NCBI GenBank assembly: GCA_030141605.1
Contig: JAQGDQ010002407.1
Location: 7,769-71,768 of the forward strand
DNA length: 64,000 nucleotides
From: Tubiluchus corallicola
Lineage: Eukaryota; Animalia; Priapulida
Direction: 5' to 3'
The notes beneath the pieces were generated by a model. It made no database searches. It was not told the DNA's origin and saw nothing but the letters and a program-made list of their open reading frames with translations. The position numbers and the translations under genes are program-made. Below are positions 10,156 to 18,765 of the stretch, piece by piece (the stretch's first letter is position 1; every line of letters begins with the position of its first letter).

Positions 10156-11637
10156 CTATTTTTTTTCTTTCAGATAATTATGCATGTTTTCAGCTGCTTT
10201 TCTTCCATCTCCCATAGCAAGTATTACAGTTGCTCCGCCTCTTACAATATCGCCTCCTGCAAACATATCTTTTTCGGATGATTGCATTTTATTTTCATCA
10301 ACGACTATTGTTCCCCAGCTGGATGTTTTTAAAGATGGAAGGCATTCTGGCACTAACGGATTTGGAGATACGCCGACAGCGATAATAACAATGTCTGCTT
10401 CAAATTCAAATTCAGACCCCTCTACCGCAATAGGGCGTCTTCTGCCAGAGTCATCCGGTTTGCCAAGCTCCATACGTATAAGCTCTATCCCTTTTACCCT
10501 TCCGTTTTCATCAGCTTTATATTTAACGGGATTACATAGTGTATAAAATTCTATCCCCTCCTCTTTAGCATGTTTTATTTCTTCTATACGGGCAGGCATC
10601 TCCCGCTCTGAGCGCCTGTATATTATTGCAGCTCTTTTGGCTCCAAGCCTTTTTGCAGTACGCACTGAGTCAATTGCGGTATTTCCGCCTCCTATTATAG
10701 CTACATTTTTCCCATACAATACAGGAGTATCGTTTGTGTCATCATCAGCTCCCATAAGGTTTACGCGCGTAAGGTATTCGTTGGCAGATAGTACGCCATT
10801 GCTATTTTCGCCTGGGATGTTCATAAAGCGTGGGAGCCCTGCCCCACTGCCTATAAAAAAAGCTTTAAATCCTTCCTCCCGGAGTTTGTCAAATGACGCT
10901 GTCCTCCCAACAATAAAGTTTGTTTCAAATTTAACGCCCATTTTTTTCAGAATGTCCAGCTCAGTATCCACAATTGTGTTGGGCAGCCTGAATTCGGGGA
11001 TCCCGTATTTTAAGACCCCTCCTATTTCGTGAAGCGCCTCAAATACTGTTACGTCAAAGCCCCGTTTTATCATTTCGCCTGCAAATGAGAGGGATGCCGG
11101 GCCCGAACCCACTGCTGCCACTTTTACACCGTTTCTTGGAACCGCTTCAGGGACAGCCATCTTCCCGGATTCGCGCTCATAGTCAGCTGCAAATCTCTCC
11201 AGGTATCCAATTGCAACCGGCTCTTTGTCTAGTTTTGTAAAATAAAAGCATTCAGCTTCACATTGTTTCTCTTGGGGACACACCCTCCCACAGACAGCGG
11301 GTAAGGCATTGGTCTCTTTCAGTGTGGCAATTGCTTCCCCAAATTCTTGCCTTTCAATGTTCTTAATAAATTTTGGAATATTTATGCCCACAGGGCATCC
11401 CCCGATGCATGTGGGATTTGCACAATCCAAGCACCTGACAGCTTCTTTTACCGCTTGTTCTACAGACAGCCCTGTATTCACCTCTTTATTTTGTGACTTA
11501 GCCCTTGTCATAGGCTCAAGCTCGGGCATTAGCACTCTGTCGATGAGTGTGCGTTCTTTATTTTTGATGCTTTTCCGCAATTCAGCGCGCCATTCTGCAT
11601 CTCTCTCTTTTTTCAGATATTCAGGGGTTACTAGCAT
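10156..11637 (-). CDS. gltA: Glutamate synthase small-chain-like flavoprotein (GltA/SudA/NfnB)
   Basis: CLDCANPTCIGGCP and CGRVCPQEKQCE Fe-S motifs; GSGPAS, YGIPEFRLP, GGGNTAID, FAGGD. Confidence 0.88.
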   Translation of the reverse strand: MLVTPEYLKKERDAEWRAELRKSIKNKERTLIDRVLMPELEPMTRAKSQNKEVNTGLSVEQAVKEAVRCLDCANPTCIGGCPVGINIPKFIKNIERQEFGEAIATLKETNALPAVCGRVCPQEKQCEAECFYFTKLDKEPVAIGYLERFAADYERESGKMAVPEAVPRNGVKVAAVGSGPASLSFAGEMIKRGFDVTVFEALHEIGGVLKYGIPEFRLPNTIVDTELDILKKMGVKFETNFIVGRTASFDKLREEGFKAFFIGSGAGLPRFMNIPGENSNGVLSANEYLTRVNLMGADDDTNDTPVLYGKNVAIIGGGNTAIDSVRTAKRLGAKRAAIIYRRSEREMPARIEEIKHAKEEGIEFYTLCNPVKYKADENGRVKGIELIRMELGKPDDSGRRRPIAVEGSEFEFEADIVIIAVGVSPNPLVPECLPSLKTSSWGTIVVDENKMQSSEKDMFAGGDIVRGGATVILAMGDGRKAAENMHNYLKEKK

Positions 11638-11655
11638 CTATTAATATTTTATTTT

Positions 11656-11685
11656 AGCCCTTTGCAAAGAGTTCATTTTATTATA
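11656..11685 (-). mobile_element. Solo 3' end of the MITE-like repeat
   Basis: Minus strand ATAAAATGAACTCTTTGCAAAGGGCT resembles the element's right end. Confidence 0.45.
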
Positions 11686-11814
11686 AAGGAGCAATTATTT
11701 ATGGGTTAGTTAACCTTTTTATCAGAAAGCCAAAGTACGAAAAACAGGTAATGCCTGAAAATTAAAAAGGAAATTTCGCTTTTTGTATGTGATATATCAT
11801 ACTGTTTAGCCAAG

Positions 11815-12645
11815 CTATATATTAAGTTTTTTAAAGTGCCTTCTATTTGCTTTTTCCTCTTCTTTTACGTAGCCCTCCAGACGCATTAGCATTTCATCAA
11901 AGTCAACTATGTGTGCATCAAATTCCGGCCCGTCCACGCAAGTAAATTTTGTTTCTCCTCCAACTGTAACCCTACATGCCCCGCACATTCCTGTGCCATC
12001 TACCATTATGGTATTGAGGCTTGCCTGGGTGGGTATTTTATATTTTTTTGTCAGTAAGGAAGCAAATTTCATCATAATTGCGGGGCCTATGACAATACAT
12101 TCGTCTACTTTCTCTCTTTCTATTATATTCTTCATCCCATCTGTAATCAACCCCTTTTCTCCGTATGAGCCATCGTCTGTCATAATAACAAGTTTGTCCG
12201 ACCATTTACGCATCTTCTCTTCAAGAATAATCAACTCTTTATTTCTCGCTGCAATAACAGATATAACTCTGTTCCCCGCTTTTTTAAATGCTTCAACAAT
12301 AGGGAGAAGTGGAGCTATACCCACTCCTCCTCCGGCGGCAAGGATAGTTCCGGTGTTCTCTATTTTAGTTGGCTTCCCAAGCGGTCCTACCAAGTCGGTT
12401 ATATGGTCCCCAGGTTCAAGGTTTGCCAGTTTCGATGAGCTCACACCAACCACCTGTGCTACCAGTGTGATTGTTCCCCTCTCTTTGTCCGCTTCCGCTA
12501 TTGTTAATGGAATTCTTTCTCCCGTTTTACCCACCCTGAGTATTACAAAGTTCCCTGCTTTTCTGGCCCTTGCAATTTTCGGGTTTTCAACAACCAGGCT
12601 GACAACTTTGTCTGAAAAAAACTCTTTTTTGACTATCTTATTCAT
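11815..12645 (-). CDS. SudB/NfnA-like FAD/NAD-binding 2Fe-2S subunit
   Basis: GERIPLTIA, GGGVGIAP, MVDGTGMCGACRV, CVDGPEF; likely start MNKIV. Confidence 0.88.
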   Translation of the reverse strand: MNKIVKKEFFSDKVVSLVVENPKIARARKAGNFVILRVGKTGERIPLTIAEADKERGTITLVAQVVGVSSSKLANLEPGDHITDLVGPLGKPTKIENTGTILAAGGGVGIAPLLPIVEAFKKAGNRVISVIAARNKELIILEEKMRKWSDKLVIMTDDGSYGEKGLITDGMKNIIEREKVDECIVIGPAIMMKFASLLTKKYKIPTQASLNTIMVDGTGMCGACRVTVGGETKFTCVDGPEFDAHIVDFDEMLMRLEGYVKEEEKANRRHFKKLNI

Positions 12646-12677
12646 ATAATCGGTGATAAGTAATTTAAGTCCATACT

Positions 12678-12808
12678 GAGGCCTATGCAAAGCCTATGTT
12701 TATATTAATGTTTTCGTCAAAGTTCCTTTTAAAGCCTCCTGTATATCCTAGGTTTTCACTGAGCTTCCCTCAATCTGGAGTAAAATACTTTCACTTTGCA
12801 AAGGTCTT
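12678..12808 (-). mobile_element. MITE-like intergenic repeat
   Basis: Minus strand AAGACCTTTGCAAAG...GACGAAAACATTAAT...TTTGCATAGGCCTC. Confidence 0.7.
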
Positions 12809-12894
12809 ACTCTTTTCACCTGCGTGGCGGTATCAATTCAAGGAAGACTTTTTCTCTGAGCTGAAAAAAGCCCAGGTACATTATGGCACCATGT

Positions 12895-13320
12895 TTATTT
12901 TTCTTCCTTATTATTGCCTTCCTGCTTTTTATCCTCTTCCTCAAAGTTTAAAAGCCCCTTTTCCTGAAGTATGTTATACCATGCTATCACTTTTTTGATA
13001 TCGGAGATATAAACCCTGTCTTTATCATAACCCGGCAATGCCTTTTCAAAGTACTCCCGCAGCTCCTCTATCTCCGATTTATGGTTTATGGCTTTACCTC
13101 CGCTCTCTTTTTCAAAAATGTTTTTGAACACATCATTTAGAGGCACATCTTCCTGAGTTGTAAAAATGGCGATATCTTCGAGGGCAGTCATTTTTGAGCT
13201 GGGAAAGGCGGGAGACCGCTTCCCTGTCAGAAGAGATTCTACTATTATACTGTTTTTCCCTTCGGATATCGACTTGAAAAGCCCGGGTTGACCGGGTATT
13301 GTCAAAATACCTTTTAGCAT
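12895..13320 (-). CDS. Conserved Bacteroidota protein (DUF5606-like)
   Basis: N-terminal ILTIPGQPGLFK and YDKDRVYISDIKKVIAWYNIL. Confidence 0.8.
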   Translation of the reverse strand: MLKGILTIPGQPGLFKSISEGKNSIIVESLLTGKRSPAFPSSKMTALEDIAIFTTQEDVPLNDVFKNIFEKESGGKAINHKSEIEELREYFEKALPGYDKDRVYISDIKKVIAWYNILQEKGLLNFEEEDKKQEGNNKEEK

Positions 13321-13535
13321 AATTATTTACCTTTTGTACAAAATATTAGGGTGGCAATATAGGTAAAAATCCCCACTTTTATACCGCATGCAGTTTTTTA
13401 TATTCCAACGGAAAGTCCTTGCTCTCACGCTAATGAGTAGCAGGCTAAATTTGGGTCCATTCTGCTCCTAAAAAAGGGAGAAGCTATAGAGGAATAAGCT
13501 AGTGTTTGATTCAAAAGTTTGAGAGTATTTTTATT

Positions 13536-13661
13536 AAGCCTTTATGGGGCTAATCTCTTTATCAATATTTTCATGAAGCCCCCTCATTTACGTCAGTAAT
13601 CTGCAATTTTTCAGCGAAGTTTTTCAGTTTGATCCAAAATGTTTCGCTTTGTAAGAGCCTC
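13536..13661 (-). mobile_element. MITE-like intergenic repeat (degenerate ends)
   Basis: Shared core ATTACTGACGTAAATGAGG...TTCATGAAAATATTGATAAAGAGAT. Confidence 0.65.
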
Positions 13662-13884
13662 GGTATGGATTTAAAGGGAAAATTTGTTATAATTACAGGA
13701 GAAAGCAGGGATATAGGGTTATTTGGCAATAAGCGCTGGCACTGATGTTAAAAGAGCGTTTCCCTGCTTATAGGTATATTTAAATCTGAGGCTATTCATA
13801 AGGCATAAATCAACTGGGTAATTCCACTGGTTCGTATAGCAGAGTTAAAAGTTTTGTGAGCAGCTTCCATCTTTTTTTAAAAGC

Positions 13885-14631
13885 TTGGGCTTACTTGATT
13901 ATCTTTTTCTTATTCTTGCCGGTACAGGAGCAGGGTTTATAAATGTGGTTGCCGGAGGGGGGTCTTTAATTACGCTTCCGTTAATGATTTTTTTAGGTCT
14001 TCCACCTGTTGTTGCAAATGGAACTAACAGGCTTGCTTTGCTTGTTCAGAATATAGTAGCTGTTTCAAATTTCAGAGCAAAGAGGGTCTTCCCTGGAGCG
14101 TATGGAGTGCATCTTGGTATAACTGCCCTGGCCGGTGCTGTTATAGGTGCTTCTCTTGCGATAGATGTTTCAGAAAAGCTATTTAATGGCATTCTTTCCA
14201 TTATTATAGTTATTGTGGGAGCAATACTTGTATTTAAGCCTCCATTTCCCAACAGCGCTGTAGAGCACATGGGTAGAAAAAGGAAGGTTCTGGGGCTTAT
14301 ATCCTTCTTTTTTATCGGCATATACGGAGGCTTTATACACGCCGGTATTGGATTTGTTATAATGTTGGCCCTGGTTAAGATAAACGGATTCTCTCTCGCT
14401 AAAGTTAATAGTATAAAGGTGATGGTTGCACTTATTTATACTATTGCCGCACTCAGCATTTTTATTTGGGAGGGTGCTATTGACTGGAAAGCGGGCTTTA
14501 TACTTGCAATCGGGAATGCTACCGGAGGCTGGTTAGGCAGTACCTTTTCGGTTAAGCATGGGGATGTGTGGATCAGGCGAATAATGTTTGTAGCCATTGT
14601 GCTTATTGCTGCCAGATTATGGTTTTTTTAA
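13885..14631 (+). CDS. TauE/SafE (TSUP) family membrane transporter
   Basis: AGGGSLITLP, ANGTNR, GIYGGFIHAGIG; about 8 hydrophobic segments. Confidence 0.88.
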   Translation: MGLLDYLFLILAGTGAGFINVVAGGGSLITLPLMIFLGLPPVVANGTNRLALLVQNIVAVSNFRAKRVFPGAYGVHLGITALAGAVIGASLAIDVSEKLFNGILSIIIVIVGAILVFKPPFPNSAVEHMGRKRKVLGLISFFFIGIYGGFIHAGIGFVIMLALVKINGFSLAKVNSIKVMVALIYTIAALSIFIWEGAIDWKAGFILAIGNATGGWLGSTFSVKHGDVWIRRIMFVAIVLIAARLWFF

Positions 14632-14944
14632 AAGCTAAAGAGAGGGGGATCTCTCTTCCAAAATACAACCCCGGCCGCTTTTTGTCCAGGGGAAAAAAGA
14701 TTCTCTTTTGAAGTTCTACAAGTCAATTGTAAGGAGCCATTTCATAAAATTCGCCTACATCTATTTTTACATATAGTTGATATAGACGCGCTCAAGTTTT
14801 TCTAACTGTCCTAAAATAAAAGAAAATTAGTATACGTAAATTACTGCACTATCGATGAGCTTAAGTTTTCTATATCTGTATTTTCCAGTATAAGTTTTAA
14901 GAGAAAAGCAACTGAACAGCAGTTGTTTATATATAAGAAAGCAT

Positions 14945-14980
14945 AAAAAACCCCGTGCTATTGTACTACAGCACGAGTTT
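14945..14980 (-). terminator. Probable intrinsic terminator
   Basis: Minus strand AAACTCGTGCT-loop-AGCACGGGGTTTTTT. Confidence 0.55.
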
Positions 14981-15192
14981 AGATATCATTAGCAGTAGAA
15001 CTCCTGTCCCCCCCTTTCAATACTGCTTAATACTGCTTTTATTTGCCCTACCCCTGCCAATAGACAGGCTGCTGTTCATAAAGACTGTCATCAAGGCAGT
15101 TGTATATTCAGCTTTGTATAGAAGCAAAGAGGGATTTTGTACTTTTCGCAAATGTTACTTTTTGCGCGTGTGCGATGCAAGCTATTTTTTGC

Positions 15193-16407
15193 TTAAAATT
15201 GTTCAATTGTTTTTTTTATCAGTTTTGTTGCATTGATCATCTCCTGTTCTGTAATTATGAGAGGAGGGGTGAATCTGATAGTGTGTTTGTGAGTTGGTTT
15301 TGCAATTATTCCATTTTCTTTAAGAGCCAGGCACAGCTCCCATGCAGTTTTGCCATTGGCAGGTTGAATCTGGACGGCATTGAGCATTCCTTTGCCTCGT
15401 ACATCCTGTATTATATCTGATTTTATTTTTCTCATTTCCCCCCGAAATATTTCTCCCATTTTTGCTGCATTTTCAGCAAGGTTTTCATCTATAAGGGTAC
15501 TTATGGCAGCCATTGATATTTTTCCAGCTATAGGGTTCCCTCCATACGTAGATCCGTGCTCACCGGGTTTTATATTCAGCATAATTTCATTGTTGGCAAG
15601 TACGCATGAGACAGGGAACATTCCTCCTGAGAGAGCTTTCCCCAATACCAGTATGTCGGGTTTTACGTTTTCATGTTGACACGCAAGCATTTTCCCTGTT
15701 CTGCAGAGCCCTGTTTGTATTTCGTCAGCTACAAATAGGACGTTGTGTTTTTTACATAGTTCGTATGCCCTACTCAGGTAACCGGAGTCTGGGACATAAA
15801 CCCCCGCTTCTGCCTGTATAGGTTCAACGAGGAATCCTGCTACGTGAGGGTTTTTTAGTTCTTTTTCAAGTGCGTCAATGTTGTTATACGGGATGTTAAT
15901 AAATCCCGGAGTGTATGGTCCATAATCATTATATGCATCTGGGTCTGACGACATTGAGATAATTGTGATTGTTCGCCCATGGAAGTTGCCATCGCACACA
16001 ATTATTTTTGCTTTGTCTTTGGGTACTCCCTTAGTTTTATACGCCCATTTTCGTATAAGTTTTATGGCTGTTTCGTCTGCCTCTGCGCCAGAGTTCATAG
16101 GCAGCATTTTGTCATAGCCAAATAGTTTAGACATGTACTCCTCCCACTCCCCCAGGACATCATTGTAAAATGCACGTGAAGTAAGTGCCAGTTTTGAGGC
16201 CTGTTCAGTAAGGGCGGCTACGAGCCTGGGATGACAGTGTCCCTGGTTTACTGCTGAGTAAGCCGACAGGAAGTCATAGTATTTTTTTCCCTCCACATCC
16301 CACAGGTATATTCCTTCTCCACGGTCTAGTACAACCGGTAGAGGATGGTAGTTGTGGGCTCCATATTCATTTTCTCTATCGATATAGTTTTTGGTTGTCA
16401 TTTTCAT
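15193..16407 (-). CDS. rocD: Ornithine aminotransferase (class III PLP)
   Basis: [46 protein letters not shown]. The upstream ATG at 16446 lies inside the repeat. Confidence 0.93.
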   Translation of the reverse strand: MKMTTKNYIDRENEYGAHNYHPLPVVLDRGEGIYLWDVEGKKYYDFLSAYSAVNQGHCHPRLVAALTEQASKLALTSRAFYNDVLGEWEEYMSKLFGYDKMLPMNSGAEADETAIKLIRKWAYKTKGVPKDKAKIIVCDGNFHGRTITIISMSSDPDAYNDYGPYTPGFINIPYNNIDALEKELKNPHVAGFLVEPIQAEAGVYVPDSGYLSRAYELCKKHNVLFVADEIQTGLCRTGKMLACQHENVKPDILVLGKALSGGMFPVSCVLANNEIMLNIKPGEHGSTYGGNPIAGKISMAAISTLIDENLAENAAKMGEIFRGEMRKIKSDIIQDVRGKGMLNAVQIQPANGKTAWELCLALKENGIIAKPTHKHTIRFTPPLIITEQEMINATKLIKKTIEQF

Positions 16408-16429
16408 AGCAGCAGTTTTGTCGAGTGAT

Positions 16430-16546
16430 GTTTTTGCAAAGTTCATATTTTTTAATGTTTTCGTGAAAGGTTTTCATTTGGGTTTAGGTAAGCTTGGGAT
16501 TTCATATCGTTTTTCCTCAATTCAAATTCGGATTGCAAAGGCCTTG
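16430..16546 (-). mobile_element. MITE-like intergenic repeat
   Basis: Minus strand AGGCCTTTGCAAT...TTCACGAAAACATTAAAAAATATGAACTTTGCAAAA. Confidence 0.7.
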
Positions 16547-16610
16547 CTTTTTACTTCCTTAGATGCAAGGGGTCTGTTTTTTCACGAGGATAAGTGTAGC
16601 AATAGATATT

Positions 16611-16618
16611 CAAAGGTA
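16611..16618 (-). promoter_or_regulatory. Candidate -7 box (TACCTTTG) for rocD
   Basis: TAnnTTTG upstream of the repeat and rocD. Confidence 0.4.
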
Positions 16619-16691
16619 AGATTTTTTGTTAGTTTTCTTTGTTCCTACCGGTCTATTTTATTCAACGTTACCCTATATTTGGTTGATCTTT

Positions 16692-18536
16692 TCATCGTGC
16701 CCCGAGGTTGCTTTGTCTTAGGCTAGGGAAAAGTTTTTTTATTAAGTCGTGACGCCCTATTTTTTTAAGTTCTTTTTTAATGTTGGCTATGTTCTGTTTT
16801 TTATACCAGAAGAGCAGGGAGTGTTGTGTGCGTTTTTCTATTTTCGATTTTGCGGTATATATTTTTTCAAGTGTGTAAGGGTGATATCCGGAGTAGTATA
16901 TTGCTGTAGCGAGTGTCATTGGAGTGGGTGTAAATCCCTGTACTTGTTCAAGTTTAAATCCCATTTTTTTTGTTTCGGCAGCGAGTTCTGCCATGTCTTC
17001 CAAGGTGCTTCCAGGATGCCCCGATATAAAGTATGGTATTAGTTGCTGGTTTATCTTTTCTTCTTTGTTGATTTTGTAGTATAGGTTGTTAAGTTTTTTA
17101 AATATGGAGAACGATGGTTTTCGCATAATGTTCAATATTTTGTCTGATATGTGTTCAGGTGCTACTTTTAGCCTTCCCGAGATATGCCTTTTGATGGTAT
17201 TTTTAAGGTACTCAATGTTGTTTTGATCTTTTTTTCTGTTTCCGGTTTTATTAAGTATAAGGTCGTATCGTATACCACTGCTAATGGCTATTTTTTTTAT
17301 TCCGGGGATGTTGTTAGTTTTTTCATATAGCATGGTAATGTGTTTGTGTTCGGTGTCAAGGTTTTCACATATGTATGGGTTTATGCATGATGGGCGGGAG
17401 CATTTTTTACATTTTTCCATTTTAATTCCTCGCATTTTATACATGTTTGCAGAGGGACCTCCGAGGTCAGTTATCGTGCCTTTAAAGTCAGGCATCTCAG
17501 ATATGAGTTGAGTCTCTTTTAGTATTGATTTTTCGGTTCGTGAAATGATGTGTTTCCCTTGATGGGCAGATATTGTGCAGAATGAGCATCCTCCAAAACA
17601 TCCTCTGTGAATGTTTACAGAGTGTTTTATCATTTCATACGCCGGTATTTTCCCTTTGTTTGCGTATCTGGGGTGAGGCAGGCGCGTGTAAGGCAGGTCG
17701 TAATAGCTGTCAGCTTCTTTTTCAGAGATTGTCTGCCACGGGGGGTTAGTTATTATGTGTTTGTCATATAGCTTTTGTGTAAGTCTGGCTGAGTCGAGGC
17801 GGTTTGATTCAGTTTCAATGTGTTTAAAGTTAATGGCGTATTTTTTTTTATTTTTCATGCACTCTTCGTGGGAGTAGAGGTTTTTATTTTTCCAGACTGC
17901 ATTTGTAGGGAATCCCTCTGTTTTCTTACGAATGAACGAAGTTTGTGGTATGTTTGTAAGTGATTCAAAGGGGATGCCTTTTTTTAGGAGTTTCACAAAC
18001 TGAGTTATTGATTTTTCTGCCATCCCGTAAAATAGGAGATCTGCTTTGCTATCGTGCAAAATTCCCGGTTTTAGTGTATCTGAGCAGTAGTCGTAGTGAG
18101 TAAATCGTCGCAGAGATGCCTCTATTCCCCCTATTACCAGAGGTGTGTCGGGGTATAGTTTTTTTAGAATATTTGAGTATGTCACGGTAGCGTAGTCAGG
18201 ACGGTATCCTGCTTTTCCCCCCGGGGTGTATGCATCATCAGACCGGCGTCTTTTAAATGCAGTGTAGTGATTTACCATTGAGTCCATAGATCCCGCTGTA
18301 ACGGCAAAGAAAAGGCGCGGGATACCCAGTTTTTTAAAGTCCCTCAGGTCATCTTTCCAGTTTGGCTGAGGTACAATAGCAATGCGCAAGCCCTGATTTT
18401 CAAGTAGTCTCCCTATGATTGCTGTACCAAAGGAGGGGTGGTCTACATATGCATCGCCGGAGAAGATGATTATGTCTAGTTCATCCCATCCCCGCTTTTC
18501 CACTTCTTTTAGGGAGGTTGGCAAGTGTTTTTTCAA
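16692..18536 (-). CDS. ygiQ: YgiQ-family radical SAM protein
   Basis: GDAYVDHPSFG, RGCFGGCSFC, DLGGPSANMY, LKVAPEH, FTPTPMT. Confidence 0.9.
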   Translation of the reverse strand: MKKHLPTSLKEVEKRGWDELDIIIFSGDAYVDHPSFGTAIIGRLLENQGLRIAIVPQPNWKDDLRDFKKLGIPRLFFAVTAGSMDSMVNHYTAFKRRRSDDAYTPGGKAGYRPDYATVTYSNILKKLYPDTPLVIGGIEASLRRFTHYDYCSDTLKPGILHDSKADLLFYGMAEKSITQFVKLLKKGIPFESLTNIPQTSFIRKKTEGFPTNAVWKNKNLYSHEECMKNKKKYAINFKHIETESNRLDSARLTQKLYDKHIITNPPWQTISEKEADSYYDLPYTRLPHPRYANKGKIPAYEMIKHSVNIHRGCFGGCSFCTISAHQGKHIISRTEKSILKETQLISEMPDFKGTITDLGGPSANMYKMRGIKMEKCKKCSRPSCINPYICENLDTEHKHITMLYEKTNNIPGIKKIAISSGIRYDLILNKTGNRKKDQNNIEYLKNTIKRHISGRLKVAPEHISDKILNIMRKPSFSIFKKLNNLYYKINKEEKINQQLIPYFISGHPGSTLEDMAELAAETKKMGFKLEQVQGFTPTPMTLATAIYYSGYHPYTLEKIYTAKSKIEKRTQHSLLFWYKKQNIANIKKELKKIGRHDLIKKLFPSLRQSNLGAR

Positions 18537-18554
18537 TTTCCTTGTTTTTTGATT

Positions 18555-18759
18555 TTTTTTACAACGTTCATTTTTTTGTTCGCATTTTTATGTAAGTTTT
18601 CTTCAAAGTCCTGATTTCGCTAGTAAACTACAGTTTTTCATCGGCAAAGACTTAGTGTTTTGGGAGGGCCTTTAAAAAAATTTTAGTTTGTGGTTGGGCT
18701 GAAAGTTCTCACTCCCTTTTTTCAATGAGGGCCAAGTATTTTGTTTTGGAAAGGGTTTT
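18555..18759 (-). mobile_element. Compound or degenerate MITE-like repeats (two partial copies)
   Basis: Minus strand CCTTTCCAAA start, then GATGAAAAACTGTAGTTTACTAGCGAAATCAGGACTTTGAAG...ATGAACGTTGTAAA. Confidence 0.55.
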
Positions 18760-18765
18760 TGTTTG

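Noticed and set aside
11909-12649. 246-aa + strand ORF and the many other short overlapping ORFs (e.g. 39-395, 6294-6722, 34024-34590 and mirrors)
   Set aside because: Antisense or alternate-frame shadows of well-supported genes, with no motifs.
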